A stretch of 64,000 nucleotides of DNA. Origin: Takakia lepidozioides. Taxonomy: Eukaryota; Plantae; Bryophyta. Below, piece after piece: positions 12,974-24,401 of the stretch (the stretch's first letter is position 1; each line of letters starts with the position of its first letter). A program made the position numbers and the translations under genes. The stretch spans positions 66,216,001 to 66,280,000 of the forward strand of contig CM060733.1 in the NCBI GenBank assembly GCA_030704615.1. The letters are read 5' to 3'. Below the pieces are notes generated by a model. The model worked only from the letters and a program-made list of their open reading frames with translations, did not search any database and was not told the origin of the DNA.

Positions 12974-13911
12974 TGTCGCGGCTTTTACTCACCCATCCCT
13001 TCGCTATCCGAGCGGAAATCCAAGATAGAAGAGTTGGAAATCTCTAAGCACTCAGCCCGCTCAGAACAATCAGTCATGACCTCAGCTAGTGTATCAGGGG
13101 GTGTTTCCTATTTGTTTTTCTTCCCGCATTCATGTTTGCTAGTTACCTTATTGTTGGTAATTAATATCAGTTTGCTTCAGCAGTTTATCGGATTGTATCA
13201 ACTCATCCTTATTCACAGCTTCACTCAGACCTCTCTACACAGTGTGAGTATGAAGTATGTATCACATTAATATTTATCAAGTATCAGGCTGAAGCCATGT
13301 ATCTCTATTCTGCTCTACATTCAACTCTACTTCTTGCATTCAGCAAGTATCAACAATCTTTCCTCCTCCTACTCCGTGCTCTCCCTCTTTCTGCTCAGAG
13401 ATGCCGCTCCGCTTCATTTCCTAGTCCTGATTCCCCCCCCCCCCCCCCCCGGTGTCCGAAGCCTCCCCCAAGAAGTGCTCCAAGAATCCATCCTTTTCCA
13501 GTCCTTGCTCCTCGCTTTTCTTCCTACCCGTTGTTCTAACCGTTTCCCTCACTAAAACCGTCATCCGTGAACTAACATGTTCCATTCGCGGTGTTGTTCC
13601 CCAAGTCGTTCCCTGTCCTGCTATCCGTTCCCTATGGTCTGACACTGTGTCAAGCTGTGACTGGTTGTGTGAAACCGTGACCGGCTGTGACCGGCTGTGT
13701 CGGGCTGTGACTGCTGTGCCGACTGTGTTGGGCTGTGTTGGACTGTGACGGCTGTGTTGCTGTGACGGGCTGTGTAACCCCCCCCCCCCCCCCCCCCTAA
13801 AGTGCGCTGCTGGTCACCCCTAAGCTCCTGTTGGTCTCAGTCTGTGCAAAAATTAAGGGTACCCCCACAGATCCCGTAAAAGTGTCTAAGTCCCCAGACA
13901 GTCCTCTAACA
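12974..13911 (-). repeat. 3' LTR
   Basis: TGTCGCGGCTTTTACTCACCC...GTCCTCTAACA, near-copy of 28104-29075, contains a GGCTGTG microrepeat tract. Confidence 0.93.
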
Positions 13912-13932
13912 TTACCCCACCCCTTCCCTCTC
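13912..13932 (-). other. Polypurine tract
   Basis: Minus strand GAGAGGGAAGGGGTGGGGTAA immediately precedes the 3' LTR. Confidence 0.85.
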
Positions 13933-14070
13933 AAAAAGCCGTGTCCTCACGGTTAACTGTTTGGGATTTGTAAGCCTTTGTGAGCAAGCACCCTTGTGAC
14001 GTTGAAGTCCTCGTGAAGGACTCCGTGTGCGAGCTCGTGTTCTGTCACTGGTTGAGGAGATGATTGAACA

Positions 14071-17000
14071 CTACCTGGATATGTCGTCCCTCTGGAGGCT
14101 GATATCGAGGTAATCTTTCAGGCATATGAGACCCCCCTCGCTTCTTCTCTGCCATCTGCATTGCATAGTCCTCTGCCATGTCAAAAGAGTCCGCTGAGAA
14201 ACAGTTGTATCAAAATCCTCGTCCCCCCTGAGGTGTTTTAATTGTCGAACTTTAACTGGAATCCTCTGGGGCATACAATGTTGTCCCCACCATGTCTGGA
14301 AGTTTAAAAATGTAAAACTTGTTGTAAGCGCTGAATTGCAAAATTGGTGAAGACCCTGAGCTCTTTGTCTGTCCATGTGAGTGGTGTACCAATGACTTGT
14401 GAATTGTGCAAATATTTCCATGCCTCATGTCCCTTAAAGAAAATATCGTCAGGCCCGAATTTATTGTGTTGGATAAATTGTTCCAAGCCGCATGAAAACA
14501 TGAACGAATCTGAGAATCCTTTGCATCATAACTTTGCTCATATAGGTTACATATGAGGTGGCACTGAAGGTAGACCAATGATCCCCACTGGAATAATTCA
14601 GAAAGCGCGTTTGCATCTCTGTTGCTCAATGTGATAACGTATCAGAAAACAAGCAGCGTAGTATAACCCGCAGCCCATGACAATACTTGCTACCTCCACC
14701 TCCTTGGTTTTGGTATAAATGAATCCATGTACAACTTGGAAGGCAATTAATTCCTTCAACATGGTACCTGCCTCATGCCAGTATTGTGCAAAGTGATGAT
14801 CCTCAATTGGTCGATTGTTCGGAAGAACTTAGTCCTAGTGGCCACTGGCAGCCAAATGCGCATGATTTGATAGTAATGTGCCAATGACTGCGGAGGACTA
14901 AATTCTTTCCAAGCCAATTCCAACACAATGGGAATTTGGTTGAAGGGCATAATCATAGCCCTATTGTACTCCCGTGCAGCTAGAGATTTAGGTGGGTTAA
15001 AAGCAGCATTCCCCCATACCTCAGGCTGTGGTGGCTGTGGTGTGGCTGTATTAACAACAGGGTCAGCTACTGGCACAGTGACTTGGTGTGGTGTTGGTGG
15101 CACTGGCTCTTGTACCATGGGCATCTCCTGCACCCCCTGTGAAGAAGACTGAAAAGCCAAAGTTCTCGCTTGTAAATAAGAAGCCATTAGCTGTTCATCA
15201 GGTACACAAACTCTCTTGTCGATATTTGAAGTGAGGTCCTCCACTTGAGTCTGCAGACCGTCTATATCCTCCTGTAACTCCGCTATCCTACTATAGACAT
15301 TGTCTATAGTAGTTGTGGCAATGTTTTGCACTTGCAGTCTGAGCTCATTCATCTCGCTTTGGGTGAGCTTTCGTGGTGCTTTGCATCCACTGGCCCTTGT
15401 GCTAACCAGACCTGCATAGGTGGTTATCCACCAGTTGCTTGTGGCACCCCTGAGAGTCCCTGCTCCTCTTTGAGCCTGTACACATCTATCTGCTGCTTTA
15501 AAGTCTACACAGCCTTCGCATGAGGTCCACCAAACTCGCATAGGCAGCAGCCAGATTATTGGCTTCCTTCCAAGCTTTGTTAGCCACCGAGAGTTCATTT
15601 CTATTGGACATGAGTGTTTGTTGCAACTCAAGGATGTACCTCTCTTGGTTAGCTTCAACCTGCCTGTATTGCTTGAAGGTATTCTCATTGCGACAGATTG
15701 TATTCTTCATATCGACAATGAGTTTCGTTTGCTCGACATTCTCCTGCCTCTGCCTTCGTACATCTTTTTCGCTTGACTGTTTTATTTATATTGTACTTTG
15801 GTCAAGCATAGTTGTGAGTGTAGCACATTGATGGCCATCCTGTCATGCACTGTTTGCAACTCCGTATGTAGTGCATTCACTTCTTGCAACTTGCTTTCAT
15901 GCTTCACCTGCATTTGGTATAGCTGTTGCTTATGTGCTTCGTGCACTGGTCTTTGGCGAGCTTGCCTCAATCAATTGTTCCTTGGCCAATTGCAAAGCCG
16001 CTTCTGTACTCTCTAAGTCTTGCTGCATTTTGAGAGTGACCTCTTCATCGACCTTGTTTGCACACTCAGTGGCAAGTCGAGCCTCAAACTCCTTCCTGAG
16101 TTCCTCCTCAAAGCTGCCAATTGGGAAGTTGGAACAGGGATTTGACATAAGTGCCCAACAAATTAAGTGTCCTGCTTATGGAACTCATAAGCATGGCTTG
16201 TTGAGGCATCATGGTGAGCTTGCTGCTGTCTCCTCCCTTCCTCAACAGTGGAAATGCCTCACGAACCACTCAGGCCATTTGCCCCACCGGATTTTCTTCC
16301 TGAACCACTTCATCCGTCACCGGTGCTGCAGTGTCTTGACATTCTACCTGTGGTACCTCCGTCACAGGTGTGGTGTATTATATGCACCGCAGGGTTTCCC
16401 CTGGACAACCGTTGCCACCTCCGGAATCACTGTGTCTTTTTGACCATACAGAATATTCATAGAGAAGGTCCCCTTCTCATTTCTCCACCACCTGTTCTGT
16501 AGTGGGAATATCTAACTCTTCTTTTTCCAAATCAATTATTTTTTCTGTTGGCACACTGCATGACAACTTGTGGTAAACTCTGTGACCAGCCGATCATCTG
16601 GCTGTGATGGCTGGTGATACTGAAGTAACTTTTCTTTCCCCCTCTCTGAAGGTCCTGCTTCCATAATAGCAGTTCTCTGTGCTACTGTGCCCCTTCCTGC
16701 ACAAGAGCTTGGGAAACATTATCATGCGGATTCCGTGAAGCCAGTGGATCCGCCACTACAATCTTTCCCCACCTCTGTCTCTTAGTTTGGGGTTGCCTTG
16801 CCTGTCCACCCTCACTGTGTGAAGAGCCTTGCTCTTCCATTGCAGTGGTTTTCTGGCTAAACACTCCCCATCTCCTTTCTTTCTCGAGCATCAAGTATGC
16901 CAAAATCAGAATTATTTGAGCAATGATTGGCCCGACACTATGATAGGAGACTTTGGCGGCAGTACCCTGTAATCTTTTCATCTCCTCTACCAGTGCGTTG

Positions 17001-17530
17001 TACATTATGTATGTCGCCCATTCTACCTCTCTTCTCCTCTCAGGGCTTTGAGTATTCCTCTGTGAAGGATCTACTCAAATACTGTTGGTTCTGTTTCATG
17101 GCAAACAGAACGTTCAATACCTGGCCTACCTCCCTTAGCCCTGGGTACACGGCCTTGGTACAAGCATAACCCTGAGTTTTTAAAGAAACTCCCTCTTGGA
17201 ATAAGTCCCCTATTTGCAGTCTTGCCCTGTGCTCCTCCCCATGCACCTGACCTGCTGGCAATCGAAACAATTGTTGTAGGTATAGGGGAGTAATTACTAA
17301 TTCAACTCCCTTCACCATTGTTGCTCCTGTCCTAGGCTCAAAGTTCTGCATGAATTGTAACATGTCCTGTCTATGGTGCAATGTCCAATCTTTGCTTTGC
17401 AATCCTTCCAATCGTAGCTCCTTCAGTAACTTTACCGCCGGTGGAGTAGCAATCGTTTGTTTCTGCAGGATTGTGGTGCTCTTCACCCTGATTTCTTCCA
17501 TTCCTCTCACTCTCTTCATTCTAGACCCAC
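14071..17530 (-). pseudogene. Extra 3' ORFs of the gypsy element (Athila ORF2/env-like region and a coiled-coil ORF), frameshifted
   Basis: QFMQNFEPRTGATMVKGVELVITPLYLQQLFRLP resembles the Athila-type F..N...V.G..I....F.LP 'putative plant transposon protein' domain. Heptad-rich stretch SRIAELQEDIDGLQTQVEDLTSNID. Confidence 0.55.
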
Positions 17531-17888
17531 AGAAATGTTTTGGCTGTAACAATTGAAGAAATGCCTGCAGGGCACAAAGCATAAACGTATGGTTGCCACA
17601 AAAAGCTATGGGTAATTTCTTGTAAGCCTGCGGGGCTTGCAAGCATCGATTAAGAGAAAAGATCCGCTCTGTTCTTCCGTCCTTATGCCACTGCGTAAGT
17701 AATATTGCGAGTGTATAGTCTGTTAGTTCCTCCATAGCTTCAAAGCCATAGCATTGATGGGTTGTCCCGTCGAGACGCCCGTTACTTAGAACGACGCCGA
17801 CTCTAGCGCTTAAATTCCCTCCAATTTCTTGATCCATTTTCTGGCTTTCGATTGGCTGTAACCGCTGTGACTGGATTTTAGATTTAAT

Positions 17889-20842
17889 TTACTTTAGTGG
17901 ATTTTCCCTGCTGGACTGTCCACTAGGATAACACATGTGATAAGAATTTCGCTTTTCTGTACTTGCCGTTTGTTCTGTTGCCCCTTTTCCGTATTCATTA
18001 ATGGGCCCGCCATTCATCCGAATTGACGTGGTAATTAGGTATTTTGACGGCCATTCTTGTCCTCTTTCTTGATGACATCTATTCTTGCACTTCCTTCTCA
18101 GCTGTGTGTTGCGCCCTGACTTCCACGTGTCCCTTTCTAAACTGGCTTCCGTCCTTTCTTCCGTCGGCCATTTCCCTGAAGTTAGCCTGCGTCCACCTGT
18201 CATTGATTCTATGGATTGTGTAACCCTAGTAGGCTGTGTTGAGCTGTGACAGGCTGTGTCATACTGTGGTACGGTGTGATAGGCTGTCTGGCACTGTGGT
18301 AAGCTGTGATAGGTTGTGACACGCTGTGGTAGGTTGTGATAGGCTGTATTGCGCCGTGCTGGGCTGTGATATGCTGTGTCGCACCTTGCTGGGCTGTGAT
18401 AGACTGTGTCGCGCCTTGCTGGGCTGTGATAGGCTGTGTCGCTCTTGTTCTGCCCGCCCTGATCATATATGCTCGGCTTAGCGACAAGTGCTCCATACTC
18501 CGTTGGTATCACTGGCGCAGCCCGTGACTGCTTTTGCGTTTCAACATGCAAATCATGCTGCAATGGTTTGTCATGGATACCACTGTACCCCTTCAACTTA
18601 TTGGCATTGACTCTTCCCAGCATCTCTTTGTTAATGGTTTGTAACATGGCGGTGTTGTTATCATACATCTTCTGTATGACGTAAGGTCCTTTCCATGGTG
18701 ATTTAAGCTTAGAGGCTTTAATCTTTCCCTTCTTCTGCAACCAGAGAACCAAATCTCCCGTCTTAAAAGTCTTTATCTTGCCTTCATCAAACTGTTCCTT
18801 TCTCTTCATCTGAATTTTGGTCATGTTATCAGCTGCATGAGCACGTACTTCTTCCACATGGTATAATTCATGTTTCCTGACCTTAATTGAATCTTGCAAT
18901 TCCATTCTCTTTCCCCATTCCGTTCTCATGGTAGGTAACAGAATTCTACTGGAAGTAAAGCTTCCATACCATAAACTAATTGGAATGGTGTATACTTAGT
19001 GGTGACTTTATATGAAGTCCTGTATGACCACAAAGCTGTCAGCAGCTTTGTATCCCAATCCGTTCTGTTTGCATTGACTATCTTAGCCAAGATAGTACAT
19101 AGTATTCTGTTGGTAGCCTCTGCCTGCCCATTACCCTGTGGGTAATATGTTGTACTCTTCCTATGCACAATCATGAACTCTTTAGTCAATAGTTCAATGG
19201 TCTCATTAATGAAGTGACTTCCCTGGTCACTGATAAATTCCAAGGGACAGCCAAATCGTGTAAGTATGTTCTCATACAGGAACCTTGCTGTGGACTTGGC
19301 TGTGTTGTCCCTCAAAGCTTTAGCTTCCACCCACTTCGTAGTATAATCAGTGGCTGTAATTCTGTACCTGTTCTGTGTATTCTTGGCTGGTGGGTTAATT
19401 GGTCCAACAAAGTCTAGTCCCCATTTCTGAAATGGTTCAGTAGGCATTGTAGGATGCAAAGCCATCTTCCCAGATCTCTGCAAAGGTCCTAGCCTCTGAC
19501 ATTCATCACAACTCTGACAATACTTGTGTACATCTTTGAACAAAGTAGGCCACCAGTAACCTGCATGTAGTATCTTCCTGCTGGTAGTCTCTTCTCCAAA
19601 ATGACCTCCTGCCACTCCTTTATGAACTTCCTCCAAAACTTTATTAACTTCATGGTGGTATAAGCATCGCTTCAGCACTCCATCTGGTCCTAGCTTATAC
19701 ATTCTGCTCCCTACCATAGTGTAAGGTAGAGCCTTGATAGCAATTCTCTTTCTCTGCTCCTTTCCATAACTTGGTGGGCAATGACCATGAGCAAGGTAGT
19801 ATCTGATTGGCCACTGCCAATCTAACCAGTCATCTGCACTTCCCTGCACCTCCACTGCAAAAAAACTCGCATCTGGTAATTGATCATCTACTCCTGTGGC
19901 TGGTTCTCCTGTTGATAACCGTGACAAGTGATCCGCCACAAGATGCAGCCTCCCAGGCTTGTAAACAACCTCGAACTCAAACTCGTGCAAGATTATCAAC
20001 CATCTTGCTATTCTTCCGCTTATCAGAGGTTTGTTTACCATGTATATCAGAGTCTGGTGATCCACATAGAACATAAACTTCTTGCCCAACAGGTAATGCC
20101 TGAATTTCTTCACTGCATAGATCATTGCCAATGCTTCTCTTTCCGTTGTGCTATAATTTCTTTCGGCATTATCCATCAATCGGCTAGCATAGTACACAGG
20201 TGAATCTATCCTTCCTGTAACATTTTGGGCTAACACTGCTCCTAGTGCTTCTCCAGAAGCATCACAGTGAACATGAAATATTTCCTGCCAATGAGGATTA
20301 ATCAGCACAGGTGTAGTTGTTACTAACAATGTAAGTTCCTCAAAAGCCTGTTGACATTCAGCTGTCCATGCAAACACTGCATCTTTCTTCAGAAGTTTGC
20401 TCAATGGTGCTGCTATCTGTGCATACCGTCTGACAAATCTTCTGTAATAGCTGGTTTGTCCAAGGAATCTCCTTAGACTCTTAACATTCACTGGTGGTGG
20501 AGAGGCTTTAATGGCCTCTGTTTTCCTGGGATCCACAAGAAGTCCCCTCTTACACACAATGTGTCCCAGAAGCACCCCTGAGTTCACACAGAAAGTACAC
20601 TTCTCTGGATTCAGGCCCAGACCTCTCATCCTGCATCTGGCCAGATATAACTCCAATTTATGCAAGTGCTCATTCTTAGAGCTGTACACACTGAAATCAT
20701 CCAAGAACACCTGCATGAAATCATCTAGATACTCATGAAAAGATTCACTTATCACTCTCTGAAAGGTTGTTGGTGCATTACAAAGTCCAAAGGGCATGAC
20801 TTTGTATGCATAAGCACCCCAGTCTGTGATGAAAGCTGTCTT
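17889..20842 (-). pseudogene. pol: pol: RT (N-terminus missing), RNase H, integrase with GPY motif
   Basis: KTAF..W..Y.YKVMPFGLCNAP; VFLDD; HCDASG; NYSTTEREALA; H..H..C..C zinc finger; WGLDFVG / ISDQGSHF / GQAEATN; frameshift near 18930 before WKGPY. Confidence 0.93.
18230..18440. repeat. 30-bp tandem repeat downstream of integrase
   Basis: GGGCTGTGATAGGCTGTGTCGCGCCTTGCT-like units, ~7 copies (TAYHSPARRD in ORF track). Confidence 0.8.
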
Positions 20843-21900
20843 TGTGAGTTTTCGGCAATGAATTCTCTTTAGGCAAAAAAATCTTACGCAACAATCCTAG
20901 AAGCTCATCCACAAATGCATTGGTGCACTTGTGGGTAGTGCATGCGTTCAGCAACGTCAAAGTTGCTTGCAGTCGGCTGATGGAGCACCCTTCAAAAAGT
21001 GGACATTGCGACGCTCGGAAGAGTTTATCATACTCGGGATCAACATGCAGGTGAGCATTCTCATCAAATTCATTGTCTCCGGAATCGTCGAGATCATCGT
21101 CATGATCGGCAAATGTGTGATCGGTTCCACCATGAATGGGGTCCTCTCTATTTGCATCTGCAAAGAGAAACGCTTCCTGCAATGCACGCTGCATTTCTAC
21201 CTCCAATCCACCACTCTCATCTGCGTTCTCTGTGACATTGGGCTCCCGCTGTGCCGCAAGGCCTTCGTCTTCATCATCTGAATATTCACATCCCTGCATC
21301 CCAATAGTCATCTTGTGAGTGGACCAACAACGATGTGACACTTGTTCATATTATGACATAGGAGGCACGGTGACGTTGCAGTGATGCAGTCATATTTACG
21401 TATGTATCTTATGAATATACACCCAATCAAAACATGACATTTATAACCATTGAAGTCATAGTTGCAGTCACTTACTTAGTCATATATGACTACATGACTA
21501 CACATGACCAATGAAAACACGATATGTGCATTAATTAAAGTGATAACGGAAGTGGCGTAGTCATACTCACGTCTGTATCTTATGACTTCTTGACTACAAT
21601 CACCCAACGAAATGTCGACATGTGGAGAAGAGGATCGTTGCATTCAAAATTCAAACTAAAGTGCTGAAGGGAAAGTGGCGATCTTACCGGAAGAGAACAG
21701 CGTTGGAGAAGAGGATCCCTCCCGTGTATCATGTAATGATTCCTCACTGTTCCAACAAGAGTACTTATCCTCCCTAACACTCATCGCAGTTGCATAGCAT
21801 TTTTGTATGCCCATTCCTTGTGGCATAAGCTTCTTCCATTCACCATAGACGGTCATCTATTCTACGCCTACGCATCCGTTCGCCACCTGCACTGTACATG
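20843..21900 (-). pseudogene. CACTA TnpD N-terminal part (transposase-associated Cys/His domain and PLF.GC..S.L region)
   Basis: MLCNCDEC...VRNHYMIHGRDP, intron, then ASQCPLFEGCSISRLQATLTLL...FVDELLGLLRKIFLPKENSLPKT; fused directly to pol at ~20843. Confidence 0.8.
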
Positions 21901-22023
21901 CTTTGAACGTCACCCCTTCCCTCTTTGCATGCTACGCACAGTGCATTGTCTCTAGTTTTGCACCAGCTGCCAATGTGCTATTCTATATCTATAGTATACT
22001 ATAAGTATCGTTTCTGAGTGTCC

Positions 22024-24301
22024 ATGGTGAAGCGGAAGGTCTTCAAAGTGACAGTCCCTCTCACTGAGTACGAGAAGTTCCGAGAGCGCCGAATTGCTGC
22101 CATAAAGGAGGTGGAAGCAACGTTCAAGCAGTCGATAGATGGGTGAGTTTAGTTCCTGACTTTGGATACCCACCCACTAAACTTGCGATTTGCCTTATCC
22201 TCTAACCTTCCTACAGCGATCATAAGCTTCATAGCACAAATGGGGGCGAGTAGCTGCGACTTGTACAAACAGAGAGGCAAACAACATGCAGTGAGTGACG
22301 ATTAGGTTTGAGGAGGGTGTGTCATTAGGCGGGAGATGTCCGCCGTCATTCGTGGGCAGGCATTACGTCCTGGTAGGGTGCGGCAGTGGTTCAGCGTAGG
22401 CTTAAGAGTATTAGGGTATGTATGCTTACATTTGTTTGTGATTGTTTGAGAGGGAGGTCATGGAGGTGTTTGTGCAGGCTTGCGGGAGCGAATCGCCCTC
22501 GCAAGCCACGCGCTCCGAAGGAAAAAGGTAGGGATCAAGGTCCTGCAAGGCAAAGTGCCAGACTGAAGACGATGAAGACTACGATTCTGCATGAGGGCTC
22601 TTCTGAGGACGATGAGGACGATCCACTCCTCCCACGCCAGTGCGAGGCGAGTGCGTCATCGGCGGATGCCACGGCAAGCCGAGGAGAACATGCCCATGCT
22701 CATGTCGCAGGACAAAAACGCCCATCATCTACACTACGAACACCTTCTCCGTCTGTGAGTTATAGTTCTTCACAATGACCATGATTCTAATTATGTATGT
22801 TTTTGGTAAAATCACGAAGAGATAGGGTATGTCTGTCAAGACAGGGAAGTTGGACAATGCAGGGGTCAGCCAAGGCACAATCACAAATGATTTCCACTAG
22901 ACAAGTTGAAGTGCCAAAGGCATGATGTCAGGCCAATGTAGACTTCAGGTGTGTTCAAATTCTTTGCCCCATGAAACTAACGTCCTGGTACTAAGCTACA
23001 ATGGCTACTTATAGAGATACTTGGGTTACTTATGCACCCAAAATATCAGTAAAACTTGGAGGGATACTTCTCATGGACCCATCAGGTTTGTCCATTTGAA
23101 TTCTTGCTATGGATTTCAGGAACACCCCATACCTAAGAGGGCTCAAAAATGTACTGGGAGGACATCATTGGGGCCACTCAAATTTGGGAGATTTACTGCC
23201 CAAGATCATACTGAGTTTTGGGTAATCTTGTCTTTACAAATGATATGTGCTTCCAATTTGTTTTGCCTGAATTCAAGGATTTGCTGCTTGCTACCTATAT
23301 GTATGTGTAATCACCCACATTGTACTGGGGGAATTTCTTTTCAGGGCAAGCACAAGCGCACTGGATCCACGATCCCTACTGCTAGCAATGGAGATGGCGC
23401 CCACAAGAACGCAGGAGGTGGCCCTAACTCTCCCAACGTTGTGGGTTCTGTGCCACCAGTACCCCCACCTTATTATGGTATGCCGCAGTACCCACAGTCT
23501 GGCACTCAGTATGGTCAGGGTCAATATGGTGCTCCTCCATATGGGCAGTATGGCCAGTATCCTCCTCCACCATATTTGCCACCCCCTAATAGCTATGGGG
23601 GTGGCAGGTCACCGGAATATCCTCTTGCTTATGGACAGTATGGCCAGTATGGTCCTCGGCCTTCTGGCCAACAACCATGGCCACCAGTCCCTACTTGGCA
23701 GGATCCTGCTTTGAATTCTCCTGAGCGCACGGAGGTCTTTGAAGGAGGGGAGGGTGCCGTTTCAAAGAATGATAGAACCAATGCTTTAAGGAGGGCTAAT
23801 AGCTCAGCCAAAATTGAAGCTGCCAAGGTCAAGGAAGAGAGAATAGTTGCAGGTCTTCCTCCCACGGTGATTTTGACGAACCTCAAAGGAGCCCCGTATG
23901 GTGAGACCCGGAATGTATGGCACGCTGCCCTTAAAGGACAGGCTTATCGCAAGCTAGATTGTTCCTTTGCCATCAACAACCAACCTGATGAAGTTGTATA
24001 CGAAATCAGAGATCACCTGGCTAAGCTATTTTCATATACGCCGCACGAGTTAAAAGACTTCCACCTAAAACAAACAATTGGCAGAATAATGAAGAGCCAG
24101 CGTTATGAAGCACACATTGCGTGGTTGGGTGGTAAGGGGAAACCCATTACTGTATCTGACGAGGTATGGAACAAGCTTGTAAGTTACTGGCAGACAGAGG
24201 TGTTCCACAAAGTGTCGGGCAACATGAAGAAGGCAAATGGTGCAATTCTGAATCCTACCAAGACTGGCCGTGGTGGGAAGGCAATGGTGGAAGCACGCTT
24301 G
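22024..24301 (+). pseudogene. CACTA TnpA-like (Transposase_24) gene, first three exons (~22024-22142, 22478-22754, 23346-24301), 3' truncated
   Basis: LTEYEKFRERRI N-terminal motif; PITVSDEVWNKLVSYWQTEVFHKVSGNMKKAN...TKTGRGG; GT-AG introns; Pro/Tyr/Gly-rich segment. Confidence 0.75.
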
Positions 24302-24401
24302 GTAAGTGGCATCATCACGACTCTGTATTTTGTTCCTCATTGAATTGCTATGTGTATATAGTCAGCCCTCACATTGCTTACTGACTTGTGGCATGGGTTT
24401 G

